A DNA stretch of 32,000 nucleotides from Pyrobaculum aerophilum str. IM2 (GCF_000007225.1 NC_003364.1:930001-962000); one strand, 5' to 3'. Counted from the first letter of the stretch, positions 1 to 9,619 are shown. Program-made: numbers and translations. The notes: generated by a model from the letters alone, not told the origin.

Positions 1-58
1 CCCGGCTTTACGGCTTTAAACCCCCGACATCCCTATACTGTGTTATATCCCCCAGCTC

Positions 59-982
59 TTGGCGGCGGTGTTGATATATGAGGCAGTCCACCTATTGGCC
101 GAGTTTCTTATGAAGAGGCCTCCAGGCGGCAGGTGCAACGCCGTTGTCATCATGCCGACGCGTGGGGATAGGGATTTAGGCCGATTTGCGGGCTACGTCG
201 ATTTTGTAGTCGTTGACAGCGAGGCGGCGGCGGAAAGAGCCGAGGCCGCGGGGCTGAGGTGGGTTTTGAACAAATATAGGGGTAAGTCGGGGGCATTGGC
301 CACGGCCCTAGAGACTATTGATGCCGATTTATACGTCTTTATTGACGACGACGCCTACCCCGGGGAGTGGATTGGGCTTTTAAAAGGCATGTGCGGGAGG
401 TTCGCCACGGCTTATAGGTGGGTTTTAGACCGTTTGCAAAACGCCTTTTCGCTAGGCGGCTTCGACTGGATGGTGTGGCCGGCTACAAGGTTTCTCTACG
501 GCGGCGCCATGACTGTGCCAGCGGCGCGCAGAGCCGACGCTATAGAGGCGTTGAAAAAATGCCCCGTTGACGACATGGCTTTAACCGCTCTGGCAGAGCG
601 TATAGAAGTCTTGCCCTTATTAATACCAATGGATCCAGCGGAGGGCACTTGGGAGTTCTCTATAAGGCAGGCAGTGGCGGCAAAACTGGGAAACCTGACC
701 CTCTGGGCAGTCGAGCTTATTTACTACTGGGCTTGGACAATATTTGCGTTTTTCTTCCCCCCGCTCTTTGCCGTTCACGCTGTCCGCACGGCGCTGAGAT
801 CCCGCCGCGCCCTCGGCGAAGTCGACTGGCTACAAGTTCTGCTCTCGCCAATAGAAAGGCCCTTGCAGGCGGCGATTTTTCTGGCCTCTGCCTTCAAGCG
901 GTGTTTCACATGGAGAGGGGCGGCCGTGTGTAAAAAATGCAGAATAACCCGGCGGACGGCCCGCGCCTCAACCGGCGTCTAG
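59..982 (+). CDS. GT2-like glycosyltransferase with hydrophobic C-terminal region
   Basis: 307-aa ORF. Has 'VVIMPTRGD' near the N-terminus and a 'FIDDDAYP' DxD motif typical of GT-A fold family 2 enzymes. The C-terminal third is hydrophobic (LWAVELIYYWAWTIFAFFFPPLF). Start uncertain (TTG 59 or GTG 68). Confidence 0.6.
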   Translation: MAAVLIYEAVHLLAEFLMKRPPGGRCNAVVIMPTRGDRDLGRFAGYVDFVVVDSEAAAERAEAAGLRWVLNKYRGKSGALATALETIDADLYVFIDDDAYPGEWIGLLKGMCGRFATAYRWVLDRLQNAFSLGGFDWMVWPATRFLYGGAMTVPAARRADAIEALKKCPVDDMALTALAERIEVLPLLIPMDPAEGTWEFSIRQAVAAKLGNLTLWAVELIYYWAWTIFAFFFPPLFAVHAVRTALRSRRALGEVDWLQVLLSPIERPLQAAIFLASAFKRCFTWRGAAVCKKCRITRRTARASTGV

Positions 983-1093
983 CCTGCTGAGCGTTAAGGC
1001 ACGGCTGAGCAATAGCTAACGTCGTCGGCCTCGGGTTGCCGCCGTTTGTTTTGTCGCTACGGAGGATTTTTTAAATTGGATGTCGGGGGGCTT

Positions 1094-1249
1094 ATGCCGT
1101 TGGTAGTGGAGGTGTTGGGGATTCACGCCCACGTGTTGAGGAGGTATGGCGTGTTGCCAGATGAGGAGGTGGGCTCGGCGGTGGCCAAGCTTAAAGCCGC
1201 CGCCCCACACCTCGCGGAGTTTTTACGAGAGGCGGCCTCGTTGCAATAA
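1094..1249 (+). CDS. Small hypothetical protein (51 aa from ATG 1094; ORF open from 1046)
   Basis: TATA-like TTTTTTAAATT at 1066-1076 lies about 22 nt upstream of ATG 1094. The product MPLVVEVLGIHAHVLRRYGVLPDEEV... has no recognised motif. Overlapping ORFs in other frames look spurious. Confidence 0.3.
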   Translation: MPLVVEVLGIHAHVLRRYGVLPDEEVGSAVAKLKAAAPHLAEFLREAASLQ

Positions 1250-1371
1250 TACTGAGTGTGGCGCATTGGCGGGGAGTTGTTGTCAGAAGATGGCGATGCG
1301 CTCGGCACAACGGGAATCGGCGAAGTAAGGAGCCGTGTCGCTTGCACTGCGGCGCTTTTTAGGCGCATCTG

Positions 1372-1386
1372 TATATTTTAAATATA
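1372..1386 (+). promoter_or_regulatory. TATA-like box upstream of folE
   Basis: TATATTTTAAATATA is centred about 26 nt upstream of the in-frame GTG at 1404. This spacing is typical of leaderless crenarchaeal genes. Confidence 0.45.
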
Positions 1387-1403
1387 GTTATCGGCTTATC
1401 TGC

Positions 1404-1967
1404 GTGATTACCGATAGGAAGGCAAAGGCCAAGCCTGAGAGGGGGGTTGAGGAGTTGCTGGAGTACCTGGGGGAGGATCTTACCAAGCCCGGAGTCCTTA
1501 ACACTCCCAAGCGGTTTGTGAAGGCTATGGAGGAGCTGACGCGGGGGCTTAGGGAGCCGCCTCCTGAGGTGGTTTTCTTCCCACTTGAATACGACGTCGA
1601 ATTGGGCCCCGTGGTTATTGAGAATATAGGGGCGGTCTCTCTCTGTGAACACCACTTGCTCCCTATTTTATTGAGAATATCTGTTGCCTACGTCCCTGGG
1701 GACGGCGTCCCCGGCTTGAGCAAAGTGATTAGGCTGGTCAAGTGGGCGGCTGCACGGCCGATTATGCAAGAACGTTTTACAGAGTGGCTCGCCGATTTGT
1801 TAATGGAGAAGCTGAGGGCTAAGGGAGTTCAAGTAAAGGTATGCGGCGTTCACATGTGTTCTTTCATTAGAGGCGTGAAAGACGAGCATCACAATATGAT
1901 AACTGAGGCCAGGCGGGGGGAGATTGACGTGAAGCTGAGCTGTAAGAGGCCTTTGGGCTGTAGATGA
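1404..1967 (+). CDS. folE: GTP cyclohydrolase I (FolE type)
   Basis: 'NTPKRFVKAMEELTRG' and 'SLCEHHLLP' are hallmark GCH-I motifs. The ORF is open from 1335, but GTG 1404 fits the TATA spacing. The stop overlaps the next start (ATGA at 1964-1967). Confidence 0.85.
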   Translation: MITDRKAKAKPERGVEELLEYLGEDLTKPGVLNTPKRFVKAMEELTRGLREPPPEVVFFPLEYDVELGPVVIENIGAVSLCEHHLLPILLRISVAYVPGDGVPGLSKVIRLVKWAAARPIMQERFTEWLADLLMEKLRAKGVQVKVCGVHMCSFIRGVKDEHHNMITEARRGEIDVKLSCKRPLGCR

Positions 1968-2638
1968 GAATTGTCGTAACTGGCGCCAGCGGGGGTATTG
2001 GCAGGGCGTTAATCAGAGTCGCAAAAAGGAGGGGGGACTTCACAATCGGGATCTCCCGGAGTCCCTCTGAGGCTGATGTGCACTATCAATGCGACGTGTT
2101 GGACTTACGCTGTCTGGAAAGGGCTGCTGGCGAAGTGGGGCCTGTAGATGGCTTGGCGCTGGTCCACGGGCATGGGGATCAGAGGCTTTGGGTTAAGCCG
2201 CTGTCTGAGCTGAGCGGCGACGATTTTATAGACGTATTCAAGGTGGACGTTATAGGGTCTTTTAACGTCGTGAAGGCCTTTCTCCCCAGCCTAACTCCGG
2301 GGGCCTCTGTGGTTTTGGTCTCCTCCACCCCTGGGCTAATCGGCGACGTCTACGGCATTCCATACTCAGTGGCAAAGGGGGCAGTAGCGGCACTGGCCAG
2401 ATCTCTGGCTAAGGTCTTGGCGCCTGTGAGGGTAAACGCCGTGGCCTTCGGCCCAATTGCCACTAGGTGGACTGGGTGGATAAGCGAGGAGGAAGTGAGG
2501 GGGTTTGGCGAGAGGACTGTTTTAAAGAGGCTTGGGACTCCGGAGGAGGCCGCCGAGGCGATCTACTGGCTACTCTCCCCGGCCTCTAGCTATGTGACTG
2601 GCCACGTGTTAGTTGTCGACGGCGGGGAATCCCTCTGA
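1964..2638 (+). CDS. Short-chain dehydrogenase/reductase (SDR), possible pterin reductase
   Basis: 'VTGASGGIGRAL' Rossmann motif, 'YSVAKGAV' YxxxK catalytic motif and 'NAVAFGPIAT'. Translationally coupled to folE. Confidence 0.85.
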   Translation: MRIVVTGASGGIGRALIRVAKRRGDFTIGISRSPSEADVHYQCDVLDLRCLERAAGEVGPVDGLALVHGHGDQRLWVKPLSELSGDDFIDVFKVDVIGSFNVVKAFLPSLTPGASVVLVSSTPGLIGDVYGIPYSVAKGAVAALARSLAKVLAPVRVNAVAFGPIATRWTGWISEEEVRGFGERTVLKRLGTPEEAAEAIYWLLSPASSYVTGHVLVVDGGESL

Positions 2639-3836
2639 GCAGTATATACGCGGCGATGACCAACACCGCTGAGGCGAAAATGTAAATTGGGTTTGTTGCC
2701 GTCTGTGTGTTTACGGTAGCTTGGCCCACAACAAGCCGGAGCGCCTGCCCCGGCTTGAGGGTCACTGTGTAAGTGAAGTTTCTGCCGCCTATATCGGCTA
2801 TTACAGTATAGTTTCCGGGGGGCAGTTCAATGCGCCGGGGTGCGGCCTCTGCCAATGTGTAGTTGCCTATTATGACTCTCTTGGGGGGCTGTTGATACTC
2901 TAGGAGCAGGTAGGCGTTTTCCACCTCTACTATTAACGCCTCAGAGGGTTGTCGCGTTGTTACTGTGATGGTCTTTTTGGTAAAGCCTGCGTCTACTGTT
3001 ACAGTATAGACAACGCCGGGGAGTACCCAGAGCTCTGCCTGTCCTCTATACGTACCGCCGGCTACGGCTATGGTCCAGTCCGTTCTGACAGCTCCGAAAG
3101 AGTCAACGGCCCGGATGACAAGCCTTGTGGCGTTTACTCCCAGAGTCTTGTTGCAAAACTCGGCCAGTTTAAACTGGAGTCTATACCTACTGCCGTTGGG
3201 GAGCCGTATATCAGTATCGGCTACTCCTGTGTAATTAAGACCCGTGATCAAATACGCCGTTATATCCCTTCCCATATGAGTCGCGTTTAACGTTATTGCC
3301 GTGACTGGGGGGATTCCCTTTATTTGGCACATCTTCACAAGGCCTAACGCAGTGAGGTCGACTTTGGGCTCCCAGAGAGTTGTAGAAACTTTTACGGGTT
3401 TTCCTAATATATAATCCCCTATTCTCAATATGTATACTTCCAGCTGATAATTTATATTTCCCACAGGCAGTTTCCTGGCCAGGGCGTTTTCTGCAAAGGG
3501 AATTTCTAAATCTACATATGTACCGTTTACTAGTTTGACCATTTTCACAACTAGCTTCCCGCTTATTGCCAGCGGCTTTGCCTCCAGCGATTGTAGGTAC
3601 GTCACTGTGACTATGTCGTGGCCTGTGGCGTAAGTTTTCCACGCGAGTATCCCGTCTATGTACACCTCCGCTGGGCCCGTGTGAGCCACCTCCGCGTGGC
3701 CCGTGGCGTTTGTCGTAACGCACTGCGAGGCCACACATACAGTGGCGTTAGCTACTGGAAAGCCCAAGCTAGTCCTCACCTCAATAGTCGCGCCTACGGC
3801 AATTATTGAGAGTAAAACTAAACCGATCAATTTCAT
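2586..3836 (-). CDS. Secreted, C-terminally membrane-anchored, probably heavily N-glycosylated surface protein
   Basis: N-terminal signal-like MKLIGLVLLSIIAVGA. C-terminal TM segment IYIFASAVLVIAAYILL followed by a basic tail. I count 11 N-x-S/T sequons by eye. The N-terminal 'IEVRTSLGFPVANATVCV...TTNATGHAEV' resembles carboxypeptidase-regulatory-like beta-sandwich repeats. Confidence 0.7.
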   Translation of the reverse strand: MKLIGLVLLSIIAVGATIEVRTSLGFPVANATVCVASQCVTTNATGHAEVAHTGPAEVYIDGILAWKTYATGHDIVTVTYLQSLEAKPLAISGKLVVKMVKLVNGTYVDLEIPFAENALARKLPVGNINYQLEVYILRIGDYILGKPVKVSTTLWEPKVDLTALGLVKMCQIKGIPPVTAITLNATHMGRDITAYLITGLNYTGVADTDIRLPNGSRYRLQFKLAEFCNKTLGVNATRLVIRAVDSFGAVRTDWTIAVAGGTYRGQAELWVLPGVVYTVTVDAGFTKKTITVTTRQPSEALIVEVENAYLLLEYQQPPKRVIIGNYTLAEAAPRRIELPPGNYTVIADIGGRNFTYTVTLKPGQALRLVVGQATVNTQTATNPIYIFASAVLVIAAYILLRGIPRRRQLTRGQSHS

Positions 3837-4010
3837 AGGAAGGAGTAAAGGCCGGCTTAAAAATACACAACGTCAATATCTCTTTACATTAAGAGAGAAA
3901 GGTTTATATATAGCCCTTTAATGGTTTCCTGGCTTTGTATATGGGATATTTTTCGTCGTCTCTCTTAACTAAAAAAATACAGAGAGTTCATGCGTTGAAT
4001 TTAGCGATAC

Positions 4011-4020
4011 ATTTAAATAT
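4011..4020 (+). promoter_or_regulatory. TATA-like box upstream of the Lrp/AsnC gene
   Basis: ATTTAAATAT is centred about 25 nt upstream of ATG 4041. Confidence 0.45.
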
Positions 4021-4040
4021 CTCAAATTCTCTCGATTACT

Positions 4041-4511
4041 ATGACAGAGGAAGTAAAACTAACAGATAGGCAGTACCAGTTACTTAACCACTTGCTTCAG
4101 AGGGCACAGCCAATGAGGGTATACACTGTGTATGGAGACCAAGACGAAATCGCAAGGGAACTCGGCATGACGAGACAAGCACTGGCCATACACCTCAAGC
4201 GATTAAAAGAGTTGGGCCTTGTTAGAACTGGGAGGGAATTTGTAGACATAACAGAGAAGGCAGTGAAGCTATTGAAGGGCCAGTCCAGCGATGTAATTAT
4301 ATTAGTAAAGATTGAGCCTAAGTACCGCGACAAGGTGTACGATGCCGCTAAGAAGTTGCCAATTGAAAAGGCCTTGAGACTCGCCGGGGACTACGATTTG
4401 GCTATTATTACGCAGGAGACAGTTTTAGACAAGGTGCTTGACTCTATTAATAACATGGAGGGCGTTAAGGAGACGAAGACCTTTATCTCAATAGGCGCCT
4501 TAAAAGAATAA
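4041..4511 (+). CDS. Lrp/AsnC-family transcriptional regulator
   Basis: N-terminal HTH (DEIARELGMTRQALAIHLKRLKELGLVRTG). C-terminal RAM/AsnC-type ligand domain (VIILVKIEP...GDYDLAIIT...VKETKTFISIG). Confidence 0.85.
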   Translation: MTEEVKLTDRQYQLLNHLLQRAQPMRVYTVYGDQDEIARELGMTRQALAIHLKRLKELGLVRTGREFVDITEKAVKLLKGQSSDVIILVKIEPKYRDKVYDAAKKLPIEKALRLAGDYDLAIITQETVLDKVLDSINNMEGVKETKTFISIGALKE

Positions 4512-4515
4512 TTTT

Positions 4516-5215
4516 TCAAATCTGAACTTTTCCATTAAGTAGGGCGTAGAAATACGGAGTTAAATATTTCATTTCCCTGAGCCTTTTTACCTCCGGCGGG
4601 ATCCATATATCTACAGCCGCCGCCAGGCCCTCTTCTGTTAATGCGTATAGCTCTCCGCTCCTCCTCACAAGCCCCCTTTTTTTCCATCTCTGTAAGCAAG
4701 GCCAGCAACACGAGGTTCTCTCTAACTTTTTCCAGTAGAGGTACAGTCTTGGTGCGATATGCAATTATGTGCCACGCAGTGGCTATTAAGTCGGGCGTGG
4801 CATCTCCCAAGGCTTTTAATATGCCAGCAATTATCCCTATTAGGCGCTCTTCTTCTTTCACGTTCGCAAAGAGGGCAAACTCTGCAGGCATTACTCCCCG
4901 CTCTGCGTAATCTCTCAGCGTTGAGAAGGTGTAGTCCCCCCGTTCTGCGTCGTATAAGGCGAGGGACAGAACTGTGACCGGCTCGCCCTTGGCTAAGTAT
5001 TTTGCTATGTCGTAATTGTACAACTTATAGAAGGCCTCTTCGCAGAACCTCTTATCTTTCTTGGCACACCACTTAGTTGCCATTGCCTTTGCATATAGTT
5101 GTTTTATATCGGGTAGTTTAATAATTCCCCCAATGCCTAACGAGTAGAGCATCCAAGCTAACTTGTACTGTATCCTCGTCTTAAACTCTAGCAAAATGTC
5201 CCCCCACGCGTTCAC
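4516..5215 (-). pseudogene. Hypothetical protein with C-terminal winged-helix domain, interrupted by a 1-nt frameshift in an A7G5 run
   Basis: The 226-aa ORF (4535-5215) and the 82-aa ORF (4516-4764) are offset by one frame. Joining them at the run (plus-strand C5T7, 4672-4683) gives ...RENLVLLALLTEMEKKG|LVRRSGELYALTEEGLAAA..., a typical wHTH helix-wing motif spanning the junction. Confidence 0.6.
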
Positions 5216-5286
5216 AGCACTGCGTGTCCTTACCCACTCCTTATAAGTTTTGCGGTTTTTGAGACTTATAAGTAGGGTCTTTTCTT

Positions 5287-7755
5287 GTGGCTATGAGATA
5301 TCTTGTCGGCAGAGACTTCGCATTTCCCGAGTACCTGCCCCGCTTTCCTCCTGAATACCACTTTGAAGTTAGCCATATGCAACTTGACATCACAATTGAC
5401 GTAGAGGGGGGATGGGTGGAGGGCGTAGTTAGATATAGAGCTAAGGCGAAGAAGGACAGAGCCGCGGTGGTTTTAGACGCAATGGAGATGGAGATTTTAG
5501 AGGCCAGTCACGAGTACTTCTACGACGGCTCAAAGGTGGAGATAAAACCTGAGTGGAAGAGGGGAGATCCCGTGGAAATTTACGTGAAATATAGGACGAG
5601 GCCCAGGGCGGGCATGTATTTTATAAAAACTGGGAAGGGGTATTACGTCTGGACTCAGGGCGAAAGCGAGTATAATAGGTATTGGGTTCCGTTGCCAGAT
5701 TCGCCTAATATAAAATTCCCGTGGACTGTGGCGATAACTGTCCCGAAGCCGTATATTGCCGGTAGCAACGGGGTGTTAATTGAGGTTAAAGATAGAGGCG
5801 AGAGGCAGACTTTTGTCTGGGACTTAAAACACCCCATGTCCCCATACCTTCTCGCCATAGCTGTAGGGGATTTTGAGATTCACAGGGAGAAGTGCGGCGA
5901 CGTTGTCCTTGAGTTCTACATCCCGAGGTATGTTGACGATAGATGGCGGTTTTCGTTTTACAACACATGTAGAATTATGCAGTTCTTCTCTGAGTACCTC
6001 GGAGTTCCCTTCCCCTACGAGCGGTATGCGCAAGTTGTCGTGCCCGAATTTATCTACGGCGGAATGGAAAACACCACGTTTACAATACTGACAGACTGGA
6101 CTATTCACGACAAACATGCCCACTGTCCCTACACCGGCTTTCCGTGTCCCGAGCGAGAGGACTTCTCCTCAGATCCCCTGGTGGCACACGAAATGGCCCA
6201 TATGTGGTTCGGCGACTTAGTCACGGCTAAGGACTGGGCCCACATTGCGATAAACGAGTCCTTCGCCACTTTTATTGAAGCGCTCTGGACTGAGGCGCAT
6301 AAGGGGAGGGAGGAATATCTCTATGAGATTTATACAAACTTCAAGACTTATCTGGGGGAGTTTTCAAGGCGTTATTCAAGGCCTATTGTGACTAATCTAT
6401 ATAAGATTCCTGACGAGGTTTTTGATAGACACGCATATGAGAAGGGATCTGTGGTTCTGCACACGTTGAGGAGTATTCTCGGCGATGATGTGTTCCGCAA
6501 GGCGCTTAAATTATTCCTAGAGCGCCATAGGTATAAGGCTGTGGATTTCGAAGATTTGCGCAAAGCTTTTGAAGAGACGGCGGGAAGAGACTTGGAGTGG
6601 TTCTGGCGGCAGTTCTGGTATTCGGCCGGGCATCCAGTTTTAAAAGTGTCGTGGAGCTACTCAGAGGGCGCCATTAAGTTGCAAATTAAACAAGCCCAGG
6701 GGGAGGATAGCTATCCAGTATATACATTGCCTCTCGAAATAAAAATAGTCTATGAAGACGGGAGGAGAGAGGTGAAAGAGGTGTTTTTAAACATGAAAGA
6801 GGTGACGCTTTATATTGAGGGGGGCAAGCCGAAGTATATATGTGTGGACCCCTCGTTTAAAATAATTAAAGCGCTGGATTTGCAATACCCGCTTGAGTCT
6901 GCTGTGGCCATGATTGACGACGACGATATGTATTGCAAAATACAAGCTATTGAAGTCTTAAAGAAAAACGGAAGTCCTAGGGCTGTCAATGCATTGGCCA
7001 AGGCCGTCGGTGATAAGTTCTGGGGCGTTGCGGCGGAGGCGGCCAGGGCACTTGGGGAAATTGGGACTGAGGAAGCAATGGCTAAACTCACTGAGGCGTT
7101 TAAGAAATCGCTCCATCCCCGAGTGCGGCGGGTGATAGTCGAGGCGCTGGGAAACACAAAGCGAAAAGAAGCCGGCGAGTTTTTAGATAAAATCCTCCAC
7201 GACGCAGGGGAGAGTTATTACGTAAGGGCTGAGGCGGCCAGGGCGCTTGGAAAAGTCAAGTGGGAATTCGCCGAGTTTAGCCTTAAGAAGGCTCTTGAAT
7301 ACCCCAGCCACCTAGACGTTATCAAGAGGGGGGCGCTTGAAGGGCTTGCTGAGTTGGGCACTGAGGAGGCGTTGAAAATAGTACTGCGCCATGCGGAACC
7401 CGGCATGCCCACTCCTGTGAGAGTCTCTGCAGTGCAGTCGCTGGCAAAATTCGGCCCAAGGAAAGAGGTTATCGACGCCCTTAAAAGATACATGAGAGAC
7501 GACAACTTCAGAATGAGATACGCCGCCGTCACGGCCGCGCTTGAGTTACTAGAGCCGCGGCTGTTGCAAGATCTCCAGGAGAGGGCGGAGCAAGACATAG
7601 ATGGGCGCATAAGGCGCGTTGCGAGGGAGATAGTTGAAAAGATCAAGAAGTCCATGGAGAGGGGGGCGGAGTATCAAAAACTCAGAGAGGAGGTAGAAAA
7701 ATTACGGGAAGAGTACCGCAAATTACTAGACCGCATAGCGAGACTTGAAAAGTAA
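5287..7755 (+). CDS. M1-family zinc aminopeptidase with C-terminal HEAT-like repeats and terminal coiled coil
   Basis: 'GGMENTT' exopeptidase motif and '[10 protein letters not shown]...(18)...E' gluzincin motif. The C-terminal ~270 aa has repeated 'xxAAxALGxxG' PBS-lyase/HEAT-like units, then [28 protein letters not shown]. Start is GTG 5287 or ATG 5293. Confidence 0.9.
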
Positions 7756-7760
7756 GCGTT

Positions 7761-8396
7761 ATGCCGGTTAGAATAATAGACCACGTCTATGCGCAATATC
7801 TCCTGACTAAGCTTAGGGATAAGAACACGGGGAGTATTGAGTTCCGCAAGGGCCTCGTGAGGCTTGGGAGGATAATAGGCTATGAGCTGGCCAAGACCTT
7901 TCCAGTCAAGTACGTAGAGATAGAGACTCCTCTCGGCAAGGCTGTTGGAGTTGACATAATTGGCCTCGATAAAGTAGTTATCGTGCAAGTGCTCCGCGCC
8001 GCCATGCCTTTAGTTGAAGGCCTTGTTAAGGCCTTTCCGCAAGCTCGTCTAGGCGTGGTTGCCGCCAAGAGGAGGGAGGAGGGAGGCGTTGTTGACGTTG
8101 ATATATTCTACTCTAAGGTGCCTAAAATCGCCGAGGATGATGTAGTCATTGTGGCCGATCCCATGCTGGCCACTGGCATAACAATGAGTAGGGTGATTGA
8201 AGAGGTGTATAGGGCGGGCAACCCTGGGAGGCTTATTGTGGTATCAGTCATAGCCACGCCTATGGGTATTGAGCGCGTTTTATCGCGTTGGCCAAGCGCT
8301 GAGATTTATGCCGTAGCCGTAGACCCGACGCTTAACGACAAGGCGTTTATTGTCCCAGGTCTAGGCGATGCCGGCGACAGGGCTTTTGCCACTTAG
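7761..8396 (+). CDS. upp: Uracil phosphoribosyltransferase
   Basis: PRPP-binding '[15 protein letters not shown]' and C-terminal '[13 protein letters not shown]', both diagnostic of UPRTase. 211 aa. Confidence 0.9.
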
Positions 8397-8972
8397 ATAT
8401 AAAATGACATATATCCAGTAGCCCACGGTTAAGTATAAGAGATAGGGGAGGCCGTACTTAGCCTTTATCCACTGCTCTCTTACCTCCAGCCTCCTCGGAT
8501 CGTATTTTTCCACGTCTCTCACCTCCCCCACTATATATTTCGTGGGGTTCTTGTGAAACTCCTCTTTTGAAATACAAATATGTGTCAACTTTTCCAGGCT
8601 GGTCATTTCACAAGGCTTTCCGCGATTAGCGAGGTAAATATGCACCATGTGAACTGGCAACAGGACAGATCCGGCTAGTATGACGATAAACGCCGTTGGA
8701 AATGGCGGCACTGGCGGCGCGCTTCCTATCAGCGCCATTGCTATAGAGTCTGCATAGCCCGAGCCCAAGAATCTCATTACACTTGCCAATACTAAGCTTA
8801 CGGCGAGTGAAAATAAGTAAAAGGGGTAGGGGAAGTTCATATATATAAGGGCGGCGGCTGGCAACGCGCCTACAGCGAATATCCAAGCGTCGATTTCTCT
8901 AGTCCTAACGTCTTGCCATGAAGCCGCCGCCAAGACAACACCAAGCGCAATAACCGCCGCTTCCTGAAGCAT
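8361..8972 (-). CDS. A24-family aspartic peptidase (prepilin/preflagellin peptidase-like) membrane protein
   Basis: Polytopic membrane protein. First catalytic-Asp context '[13 protein letters not shown]' and second '[14 protein letters not shown]' resemble the two-Asp motifs of FlaK/PibD. The 3' end overlaps upp by 36 bp (convergent). Confidence 0.6.
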
Positions 8973-9000
8973 TGGTGTAGAAATCTCTTTGATTATTATT

Positions 9001-9613
9001 TTATTCCCTCATTATTTTTGCGTACCACCTTAGTAATTCCCAACCTACTCCCTCAGGCTAGGGAGATGTGTTTAGTGGCAAGCACTTTCATGTTTTTCTT
9101 TTCTCTTGTCAACTTGTCACCTGTTAGAGTTGTCAGCACTAGGGGCCTCTCGCTGTTCAGCCGCACGTGAGCTTGAATTCTCCCTCTTGACCTTATGCTC
9201 CAAGTGAAGGACTTTGCTACGCCGTCAGCCTCGTACTCCACCACAACCCTTGGCCTATCGCCATCCCATTCCACCCTTACGTACCTCATAACTGCCTTTA
9301 TCCTCCTCTCGGCGTCTTTTGCTACAACATCATTAGGATCTACTCCGCCTCCCTCGCCGGCTTTACTCCTCCAGAACGTGGGAGGTGCCCCTTGCCTTTG
9401 CAATTTCCTCAAGGCGCCTCAGCGCTTTATCGGCCCATTCCGCACCTTGTCTACTGAGCTCCACAAGGCGCCAGGGGCTGGCTGGCAGTTTGAGTGCCCC
9501 GGCTTGCCGCCCTCCGGTCTCTTCGCTATAAAGTGCACCCCCTCCTCAAAGCCCGCGTCTTTAAGCGCCATGACGGCGGCGTCAAAGGCTACGGGAGAGG
9601 TTGGTTTGTGCAT
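9001..9613 (-). pseudogene. Degenerate paREP2b-like gene (multiple frameshifts)
   Basis: Fragments in three frames match the intact 20043-20696 product. These are MHKPTSPVAFDAAVMALKDAGFEEGVHFIAKRPEGG, then ...DAERRIKAVMRYVRVEWDGDRPRVVVEYE...LNSERPLVLTTL..., then EGVGWELLRWYAKIMRE* ending at 9001. Confidence 0.7.
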
Positions 9614-9619
9614 AATAAC

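Noticed and set aside
649-933. 94-aa ORF in an alternative frame inside the glycosyltransferase gene. Similar nested or antisense ORFs occur at 1016-1368, 3235-3738, 5655-6123, 6810-7655, 13143-13565, 20159-20590 and 29046-29423.
   Set aside because: They lie entirely within stronger ORFs with recognisable motifs. Their products are Arg/Ser/Pro/Ala-rich, low-complexity sequences typical of off-frame translation of GC-balanced coding DNA.
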